IMG/VR virus record: IMGVR_UViG_3300009082_000018
Span: 32,001 to 96,000 of that record
Reading direction: 5' to 3' (one strand)
Source of the DNA: a virus
Length of the DNA stretch: 64,000 nt
Made by a program: the position numbers and the translations under genes. Under the pieces are notes generated by a model that saw nothing but the letters and a program-made list of their open reading frames with translations, did no database searches and had not been told where the DNA came from. Numbering within the stretch: the first letter of the stretch is position 1; every line of letters starts with the position of its first letter. This document shows positions 18,042 through 22,696 of this stretch, piece by piece.

Positions 18042-18116
18042 GGTGAGGTCGTCCAATCGGTAGGACACCAGACTGAAAATCTGGGAACGACGGTTCGACT
18101 CCGTCCCTTGCCACCA
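18042..18116 (+). tRNA. tRNA-Phe(GAA), CCA encoded
   Basis: GGTGAGG/CCTTGCC; loop CT-GAA-AA. Confidence 0.92.
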
Positions 18117-18119
18117 CTT

Positions 18120-18190
18120 GGGCCTGTAGCTTGAAGGTCGAGCCACCGGCTCATAACCGGTTGGTGAGTGTTCGATTCACTCCGGGCCTA
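18120..18190 (+). tRNA. tRNA(CAU), probably Ile2 (lysidine type)
   Basis: GGGCCTG/CGGGCCT with C4-G69 and C5-G68; loop CT-CAT-AA. Confidence 0.8.
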
Positions 18191-18194
18191 TTGA

Positions 18195-18265
18195 TCGGGT
18201 GTCGTCTAACGGTAGGGCCGTGGACTTTGGATCCATGAATAGAGGTTCGACTCCTCTCACCCGAA
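18195..18265 (+). tRNA. tRNA-Gln(UUG)
   Basis: TCGGGTG/CACCCGA; loop CT-TTG-GA. Confidence 0.88.
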
Positions 18266-18267
18266 AA

Positions 18268-18340
18268 CGGGGAGTAGGGCATTGGATGACCCGCTTGCTT
18301 TGGGAGCAAGAATAAGCTGGTTCGATTCCAGTCTCCCCGA
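18268..18340 (+). tRNA. tRNA-Pro(UGG)
   Basis: CGGGGAG/CTCCCCG; loop TT-TGG-GA. Confidence 0.88.
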
Positions 18341-18351
18341 CTGATCTTCAT

Positions 18352-18426
18352 TCCAGAGTAGCTCAAAGGTGGAGCGGCGCCCTGTTAAGGCGATGGCTGG
18401 GGGTTCGAGTCCCTCCTCTGGAGCCA
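18352..18426 (+). tRNA. tRNA-Asn(GUU), CCA encoded
   Basis: TCCAGAG/CTCTGGA, G73; loop CT-GTT-AA. Confidence 0.92.
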
Positions 18427-18438
18427 GTAAAGTTGATC

Positions 18439-18510
18439 CGCCTCGTGGCTCAGTGGTCCGAGCAGTCGGCCGATAACCGACAGGCGAGAGTTCGATTCTC
18501 TCCGAGGCGA
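18439..18510 (+). tRNA. tRNA-Ile(GAU), C33
   Basis: CGCCTCG/CGAGGCG; loop CC-GAT-AA. Confidence 0.87.
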
Positions 18511-18522
18511 AAAGAAGATCAT

Positions 18523-18595
18523 GGCGGACGAAGCCAAACGGTGCGGCGCCTGACTGTGGATCAGGTTCTAGGGGGTTCGACTCCCCTCGTTCGCC
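18523..18595 (+). tRNA. tRNA-His(GUG)
   Basis: G-1/C73; GCGGACG/CGTTCGC; loop CT-GTG-GA. Confidence 0.88.
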
Positions 18596-18696
18596 CTCGC
18601 ACATGTTATGCTCCTGCGCAGGTCTACCAGAGCGGGCCAGATCGCCCTTGAATGGGCGTGGAGGGCGGCGCAGGCGGGCCAGGGCGGGGAGCGCTT

Positions 18697-18768
18697 GGGG
18701 ACGTAGTGATAGCGGGAGCACACGGCGTTCGCAACGCTGAAGTGAGGGTTCGACTCCCTCCGTCTCCA
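18697..18768 (+). tRNA. tRNA-Ala(CGC)
   Basis: G3.U70; loop TT-CGC-AA. Confidence 0.88.
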
Positions 18769-18774
18769 CTCTCT

Positions 18775-18845
18775 GGGCTCATAGTGAAATGGGATCACGC
18801 AGCCTCGGCAAGGCTGAATCCCGGGTTCAACTCCCGGTGGGTCCA
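18775..18845 (+). tRNA. tRNA-Ala(GGC), C33
   Basis: G3.U70; loop TC-GGC-AA. Confidence 0.87.
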
Positions 18846-18850
18846 CTCTT

Positions 18851-18933
18851 GGAGGGTACTGAGGAATGGTCCTCAACATGGTCCGAACCCATGGGCGGCC
18901 GAAAGACCGGGCGTTCGATTCGTCTACCCTCCG
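18851..18933 (+). tRNA. tRNA-Ser(CGA), C33
   Basis: GGAGGGT/ACCCTCC, G73; long variable arm; loop TC-CGA-AC. Confidence 0.85.
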
Positions 18934-18961
18934 CTGATTGTTGATCTGAAAATTGTACCAT

Positions 18962-19032
18962 GGACGCGGAAGCTGTCGGATGGCTGACCGGCTGTCTACC
19001 GGTTGAAGAGGGTTCAACTCCCTTCGCGTCCG
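18962..19032 (+). tRNA. tRNA-Asp(GUC)
   Basis: GGACGCG/CGCGTCC, G73; loop CT-GTC-TA (U37). Confidence 0.83.
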
Positions 19033-19033
19033 C

Positions 19034-19107
19034 CGCAGGGTTGAGGAGAGGTCTACCTCGCCTGGCTCATAACCAGGAGCACGTTGGTTCAAATCCAACC
19101 CCTGCTA
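19034..19107 (+). tRNA. tRNA(CAU), initiator fMet-like
   Basis: C1xU72 mismatch, CGCAGGG start; loop CT-CAT-AA; only two of the three usual anticodon-stem GC pairs. Confidence 0.78.
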
Positions 19108-19109
19108 GC

Positions 19110-19181
19110 GCGGTTGAGGTGTTTGTGGTTGCACGCGGCGTTGCCAACGCTGAAGACAGGGTTCGACTCCCTGCAGCCGCA
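19110..19181 (+). tRNA. tRNA-Gly(GCC)
   Basis: GCGGTTG/CAGCCGC; loop TT-GCC-AA. Confidence 0.87.
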
Positions 19182-19183
19182 AC

Positions 19184-19256
19184 GCCGGAGGTCGAGGGTT
19201 CAAATCCCTCCAGGCTCCCGCAAGGGACCTGTAGCTCAGTCAGGTAGAGCACCGGC
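19184..19256 (+). ncRNA. free-standing circularly permuted tRNA-like RNA (YrlA-type effector domain without Ro stem)
   Basis: GCCGG, AGGTC, T arm (GAGGG TTCAAAT CCCTC), acceptor closed by a GCAA loop, TA, D arm (GCTC...GAGC), A, CCGGC. Confidence 0.8.
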
Positions 19257-19260
19257 TTCT

Positions 19261-19345
19261 GGAAGGTGACCCGTAATGGTACGGGAGCTGGTTGCTAACC
19301 AGTCAGGGGGTAACGCCCCAGCAGGTTCGATTCCTGCACCTTCCG
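19261..19345 (+). tRNA. tRNA-Ser(GCU)
   Basis: GGAAGGT/ACCTTCC; long variable arm; loop TT-GCT-AA. Confidence 0.88.
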
Positions 19346-19352
19346 CCGGATT

Positions 19353-19436
19353 GGAGAGCGAGAAGCAGGGTGCGCAACTGCGTTGGAAGCGCAGGAGGGT
19401 TGAAAGGCCCGCTGGGTTCGATTCCCAGGCTCTCCG
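19353..19436 (+). tRNA. tRNA-Ser(GGA)
   Basis: GGAGAGC/GCTCTCC; long variable arm; loop TT-GGA-AG; weak D arm. Confidence 0.82.
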
Positions 19437-19529
19437 CTAGATGAGTCGACTGACACGGAGACGGCAGCTGATCCCGGTCCCCAAGGGCGTCTTACGGCTG
19501 ACGGGCTGTCAGAGCACGACTCATCGCAT

Positions 19530-19601
19530 GCGGGTGAGATGTTAACGGTTGCATGTCAGTCTTCCAAACTGAATGACGGAGTTCAACTCTCCGCACCCGC
19601 A
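19530..19601 (+). tRNA. tRNA-Gly(UCC)
   Basis: GCGGGTG/CACCCGC; loop CT-TCC-AA. Confidence 0.88.
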
Positions 19602-19615
19602 CCGTATAGTTGATC

Positions 19616-19694
19616 CGGGATGTAGCTCAGCCAGGGAGAGCGCTCGCTTCGGGAGCGAGAGGTTTCGTGGGTTCGAACCCCACCATCCCGACCA
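19616..19694 (+). tRNA. tRNA-Pro(CGG), CCA encoded
   Basis: CGGGATG/CATCCCG; loop TT-CGG-GA. Confidence 0.92.
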
Positions 19695-19696
19695 AT

Positions 19697-19770
19697 GCCA
19701 AGGTAGCCCAACAGGAAGTGGCACACGCCTCAGGCGCGTGACAGTGAGGGTTCGAATCCCTTCCTTGGCA
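19697..19770 (+). tRNA. tRNA-Leu(CAG), short variable loop
   Basis: GCCAAGG/CCTTGGC, A73; loop CT-CAG-GC. Confidence 0.85.
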
Positions 19771-19775
19771 TCTTC

Positions 19776-19847
19776 GCCGCCAAAGCGTAAAGGGTGACGC
19801 GCCGGCTTCGTACACCGGAGAACCCAGTTCAACTCTGGGTGGCGGCT
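19776..19847 (+). tRNA. tRNA-Thr(CGU)
   Basis: GCCGCCA/TGGCGGC; loop TT-CGT-AC. Confidence 0.84.
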
Positions 19848-19849
19848 CT

Positions 19850-19982
19850 GGGTGGACCGACAGAGGTTGGATTATCCATGCTAAGGACGAGGTCGCGGGT
19901 TCGAATCCCGTCGGGCTCCTTCGGGGGCCCGTGGCTCAGCGGTAGAGCGCGTAAAACTCCAGCTTCAACCCCTTGTTCACCC
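19850..19982 (+). ncRNA. YrlA-type Y RNA (Ro60-binding stem plus permuted tRNA domain)
   Basis: GGGUGGAC-C(bulge)-GA / UU-GUUCACCC helix; second stem AGGUUGGA/UCCAGCUU; T arm, acceptor closed by a UUCG loop, D arm in permuted order. Confidence 0.88.
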
Positions 19983-19986
19983 TACT

Positions 19987-20057
19987 GCCGGATGATGACT
20001 CCTGGGGAGTCAGCGCACTTGTAAGGCGCCAGGGCGGTTCGACTCCGACATCCGGCT
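19987..20057 (+). tRNA. tRNA-Thr(UGU), atypical D arm
   Basis: GCCGGAT/ATCCGGC; loop CT-TGT-AA; D region can form the 7-bp stem TGACTCC/GGAGTCA. Confidence 0.75.
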
Positions 20058-20069
20058 CTGATCTGAAAT

Positions 20070-20141
20070 GGCCTTGTCTGCTAACGGTAGGCAACCTGGT
20101 TCTCACCCAGGAAACGATGGGTTCAACTCCCTCCAAGGTCA
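20070..20141 (+). tRNA. tRNA-Glu(CUC), bulged T stem
   Basis: GGCCTTG/CAAGGTC; loop TT-CTC-AC. Confidence 0.84.
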
Positions 20142-20146
20142 CTGAC

Positions 20147-20218
20147 GGCCCCATCTGCTAACGGTAGGCACCGTGGTTTTCACCCACGCAACGGCGGGTT
20201 CAACTCCCCCTGGGGTCA
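20147..20218 (+). tRNA. tRNA-Glu(UUC), bulged T stem
   Basis: GGCCCCA/TGGGGTC; loop TT-TTC-AC. Confidence 0.84.
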
Positions 20219-20222
20219 CTGA

Positions 20223-20295
20223 GGGCGCTTCGTCTAGCGGCAAGGACCCCTGCTCGACACGCAGGTGATCGCCGGTTCGAGTCCGGCAGTGCCCA
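20223..20295 (+). tRNA. tRNA-Val(GAC), C33
   Basis: GGGCGCT/AGTGCCC; loop TC-GAC-AC. Confidence 0.87.
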
Positions 20296-20299
20296 CTTC

Positions 20300-20371
20300 G
20301 GGGAGTTGGTGAAACTGGGATCACACGGCCCTTGCACGGCTGGATCAGGGGTTCAAATCCCCTACTCTCCA
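20300..20371 (+). tRNA. tRNA-Ala(UGC)
   Basis: G3.U70; loop CT-TGC-AC. Confidence 0.9.
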
Positions 20372-20437
20372 CTACCTGCACAGGTCATTGCCGATATGAC
20401 TAGTCTGTCAGAAGGGATGGTCTGTGCGGGGTCGATT

Positions 20438-20510
20438 GCCGCCAAAGTCCACGTGGTCGGGACGCCTGCTTGGTACGCAGGAGGGCAGAGTTCGATTCTC
20501 TGTGGCGGCT
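20438..20510 (+). tRNA. tRNA-Thr(GGU)
   Basis: GCCGCCA/TGGCGGC; loop TT-GGT-AC. Confidence 0.86.
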
Positions 20511-20568
20511 CCGCTGATTATCAGCATTTCACTTATGAAGATCACTGATAATCACTGATGAGACTGAT

Positions 20569-20639
20569 GGGGTTGAGGCTGAGGTAGCCGGACGGTCTCC
20601 AAAACCGTCGTCGAGGGGGTTCGATTCCCTCCAACCCTG
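20569..20639 (+). tRNA. tRNA-Trp(CCA)
   Basis: GGGGTTG/CAACCCT, G73; loop CT-CCA-AA. Confidence 0.85.
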
Positions 20640-20644
20640 CTGAT

Positions 20645-20715
20645 GAGTCCGTGTCCGAGAGGCGAGGTACCTGGCTGCAACCCAGGTCACGGGGGTTCAA
20701 ATCCCTCCGGACTCT
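20645..20715 (+). tRNA. tRNA-Cys(GCA)
   Basis: GAGTCCG/CGGACTC, U73; loop CT-GCA-AC. Confidence 0.88.
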
Positions 20716-20720
20716 CTGAT

Positions 20721-20796
20721 GCACCCGTGGTCCAAAGGATGGGCACCGGTCCTCTAAACCGGATCCATGCTGGTTCGAGTCCAGCCGGGTGTGCCA
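20721..20796 (+). tRNA. tRNA-Arg(UCU), C33, CCA encoded
   Basis: GCACCCG/CGGGTGT; loop CC-TCT-AA. Confidence 0.88.
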
Positions 20797-20797
20797 A

Positions 20798-20870
20798 GGT
20801 CCCGTGGTCTAAAGGATGGGCACCTGTTTCCTAAACAGGATCAATGCAGGTTCGAGTCCTGCCGGGATCA
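20798..20870 (+). tRNA. tRNA-Arg(CCU)
   Basis: GGTCCCG/CGGGATC; loop TT-CCT-AA. Confidence 0.88.
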
Positions 20871-20874
20871 CTGA

Positions 20875-20948
20875 GCTGCGATAGTGTAGGGGACTCTGCA
20901 CGGTGCTCTCCGAAAGCACAGGTCTGGGCTCGACTCCCAGTCGCAGCA
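20875..20948 (+). tRNA. tRNA-Arg(CCG), C54
   Basis: GCTGCGA/TCGCAGC; loop CT-CCG-AA; T loop CTCGACT. Confidence 0.82.
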
Positions 20949-20950
20949 TT

Positions 20951-21023
20951 GGGCGGTTCTCCTAGCGGAATGGAACCTGACCTACACTCAGGAATAATGG
21001 GGGTTCAACTCCCTCACCGCCCA
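20951..21023 (+). tRNA. tRNA-Val(UAC), C33
   Basis: GGGCGGT/ACCGCCC; loop CC-TAC-AC. Confidence 0.83.
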
Positions 21024-21027
21024 TCAT

Positions 21028-21099
21028 CTGCCCATGGTCTAAAGGAAGGGCCCCTGACTACGGATCAGGTGCATGCAGGTTCGAGTCCTGCTGGGCAGG
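21028..21099 (+). tRNA. tRNA-Arg(ACG)
   Basis: CTGCCCA/TGGGCAG; loop CT-ACG-GA. Confidence 0.88.
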
Positions 21100-21105
21100 C
21101 TACAC

Positions 21106-21180
21106 GCCGGGGTGGCGCAAATGGAAGATCGCTCCAGACTTAGGATCTGGCTGTTGAGGGTTCGAATCCCTTCCCCGGTA
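21106..21180 (+). tRNA. tRNA-Leu(UAG), short variable loop
   Basis: GCCGGGG/CCCCGGT; loop CT-TAG-GA. Confidence 0.86.
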
Positions 21181-21183
21181 CTT

Positions 21184-21257
21184 GGCAGCAGGGAGGAGAG
21201 GGACTCCTCACCGCTCTCATAAAACGGGAATTGCTGGTTCGATCCCAGCTGCTGCCA
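21184..21257 (+). tRNA. tRNA(CAU), probably elongator Met
   Basis: GGCAGCA/TGCTGCC fully paired; loop CT-CAT-AA. Confidence 0.75.
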
Positions 21258-21260
21258 CGA

Positions 21261-21333
21261 GCCCTCGTAGCCCAAGAGGAAGCGGCATCGCCTTAAAAGC
21301 GATCAAGTGGGGGTTCGAGTCCCTCCGGGGGCA
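21261..21333 (+). tRNA. tRNA-Leu(UAA), short variable loop
   Basis: GCCCTCG/CGGGGGC; loop CT-TAA-AA. Confidence 0.85.
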
Positions 21334-21336
21334 CAC

Positions 21337-21409
21337 CGAGGAGTAGGGCATTGGATGACCCGCTCGGATGGGGTCCGAGAGCAAGCTGGTTCGATTCCAG
21401 TCTCCTCGA
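21337..21409 (+). tRNA. tRNA-Pro(GGG)
   Basis: CGAGGAG/CTCCTCG; loop AT-GGG-GT; D and T arms identical to Pro(UGG). Confidence 0.85.
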
Positions 21410-21418
21410 TCTTGATAT

Positions 21419-21492
21419 GCCAGGGTAGCCCAATCGGTAGTGGCACCAGCCCGAGGCGCTGGACAGTGTGGGTTCGAATCCCATCCCTGGTA
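21419..21492 (+). tRNA. tRNA-Leu(GAG), C33, short variable loop
   Basis: GCCAGGG/CCCTGGT; loop CC-GAG-GC. Confidence 0.85.
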
Positions 21493-21496
21493 CTAT

Positions 21497-21571
21497 GGCG
21501 CGGTAGCCCAACTGGTAGGAGGCACCGGCCTCAAGCTCCGGACAGTGAGGGTTCGAATCCCTCTCGCGCTA
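21497..21571 (+). tRNA. tRNA-Leu(CAA), short variable loop
   Basis: GGCGCGG/TCGCGCT; loop CT-CAA-GC. Confidence 0.84.
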
Positions 21572-21611
21572 CGACTTGTGAAAACGACCACGATCTGCTA
21601 TTGGTGCAATC

Positions 21612-22121
21612 ATGCAAACGCTCGTACTCGACCAAGGCTACCAGCCGATCAACACCGTCCCTTGGACCAAGGCGATGGGATACATCGCCCGTGGCAAGGT
21701 CGACGTGCTGGAGGAGTACGAGCAGGAGGTCCACTTCAACATGGGCATGCCGGCGGTGGTGAGGCTCAACCATCGCATCAGTGCCAGCAAGAAGAGGATC
21801 AAGTTCTCTCGTCAGAATGTGCTGGCGAGGGACAAGTTCAGTTGCCAGTACTGCGGCGCCCACGGACGTGACGTGGTTCTAACCTTCGATCACATCATCC
21901 CCAGGTCTCGGGGTGGTCGAACAGAGTGGGAGAACATCGTCATGGCCTGCCAGGAGTGCAATGCACGAAAGGCTGACCTGACGCTGAGAGAATCGGGAAT
22001 GCGTCTGCGGACGCAGCCTGTTCGACCGACGTGGGTGCCCACTTTCAACGTCGCTCTGCGGGATGCTGGCAACATCCCACCAGAGTGGCGGAACTACTGG
22101 ACAACAGAGCTGCAGCCGTAG
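21612..22121 (+). CDS. HNH endonuclease (McrA-like family)
   Basis: TLVLD.GY.P; SR.NVL.RD...CQYCG; T.DHIIPRSRGG...WEN.V.AC..CN..KA. Confidence 0.92.
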   Translation: MQTLVLDQGYQPINTVPWTKAMGYIARGKVDVLEEYEQEVHFNMGMPAVVRLNHRISASKKRIKFSRQNVLARDKFSCQYCGAHGRDVVLTFDHIIPRSRGGRTEWENIVMACQECNARKADLTLRESGMRLRTQPVRPTWVPTFNVALRDAGNIPPEWRNYWTTELQP

Positions 22122-22184
22122 AACCTTGTCCGGAATACTTCCTTGTCCTCTACGTAGCGGACAGGGAGGAAAACCGGACAACTT

Positions 22185-22267
22185 GGAGGGTGCCGCCGGT
22201 TGGTTGGCAACACGGTTTGAACCCGTGGGTGGTCGCAAGGCTAGGGGTTCGACTCCTCCACCCTCCG
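22185..22267 (+). tRNA. tRNA-Ser(UGA)
   Basis: GGAGGGT/ACCCTCC, G73; long variable arm with GCAA loop; loop TT-TGA-AC. Confidence 0.85.
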
Positions 22268-22310
22268 CTCTTCCCGCCAAATCCTTCATGATTATTTTTG
22301 ATTCTTTTGC

Positions 22311-22338
22311 TTGACAAAGAATCATTCATAGGGATAAT
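22311..22338 (+). promoter_or_regulatory. sigma70-type promoter for the Y RNA-Ro60 unit
   Basis: TTGACA-N16-GATAAT with an AT-rich upstream tract; predicted start coincides with the 5' end of the first Y RNA. Confidence 0.7.
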
Positions 22339-22343
22339 AGGAT

Positions 22344-22432
22344 CATGAGGGACCGACTGAGTTAGGTTATCAAACTCTCACTTTGATTGGGGCCTCTGGC
22401 CCCGCTCCTAGCTCAACAACTTGTTCCTCATG
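22344..22432 (+). ncRNA. short Y RNA (Ro60-binding stem, no tRNA domain)
   Basis: CAUGAGGGAC-C-GA / UU-GUUCCUCAUG; second stem UGAGUUAGG/CCUAGCUCA; followed by U6. Confidence 0.82.
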
Positions 22433-22453
22433 TTTTTTGATCTGAAAAGGAGA

Positions 22454-22586
22454 ATTGAGGGACCGACGATTTGGGTTACCTTGGACCTGTTGGGGCTGGT
22501 TCAATTCCAGCTCGGTCACTTAGGTGATCGATAGTGTAGAGGCAGCACAGCAGGAGTGTTCCCAGATCAACAACTTGTTCCTCAAT
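22454..22586 (+). ncRNA. YrlA-type Y RNA (Ro60-binding stem plus permuted tRNA domain)
   Basis: AUUGAGGGAC-C-GA / UU-GUUCCUCAAU; GAUUUGGG/CCCAGAUC; T arm GCUGG UUCAAUU CCAGC, closed acceptor, D arm GUGU...GCAC. Confidence 0.88.
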
Positions 22587-22599
22587 CTTTATTGGCTGT

Positions 22600-22670
22600 G
22601 AGAGTGGACCGCTGATCTTGGGTTACCTTCTTTGGTGAACAACCCCAGGGTCGATCTTTTGTTCGCTCTC
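22600..22670 (+). ncRNA. short Y RNA-like element in the Ro60 leader
   Basis: GAGAGUGGAC-C-G / U-GUUCGCUCUC; GAUCUUGGG/CCCAGGGUC; shares GGUUACC with the other copies. Confidence 0.75.
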
Positions 22671-22696
22671 CTTTTGTTCGCCCATGGAGGTGGACC

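Noticed and set aside
19181-19260. Ligating the permuted tRNA ends could give a CUA (amber) anticodon loop
   Set aside because: The junction choice is arbitrary, no splicing motif is visible, and TAG is used as a normal stop throughout.
19470-19490. CCGGTCCCCAAG resembles part of a twister ribozyme
   Set aside because: The closing GCCCGG strand and the UAA cleavage-site context are missing.
20640-20670. CTGATGAGTCCGTG resembles a hammerhead ribozyme core (CTGATGAG also at 20555)
   Set aside because: No stem II closure or GAAA follows; the sequence is the tRNA-Cys acceptor strand.
17702-21871. Many 60-176 aa ORFs on both strands across the tRNA array
   Set aside because: They overlap well-formed tRNA cloverleaves and have no protein-like motifs. 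Only 17702-17923 is kept, as a weak possibility.
22344-22670. Repeated GAGGGACCGAC...AACAACTTGTTCCTCA units as a CRISPR array
   Set aside because: The repeats pair with each other as terminal stems, spacing is irregular, and there are no cas genes. The Y RNA reading fits better.
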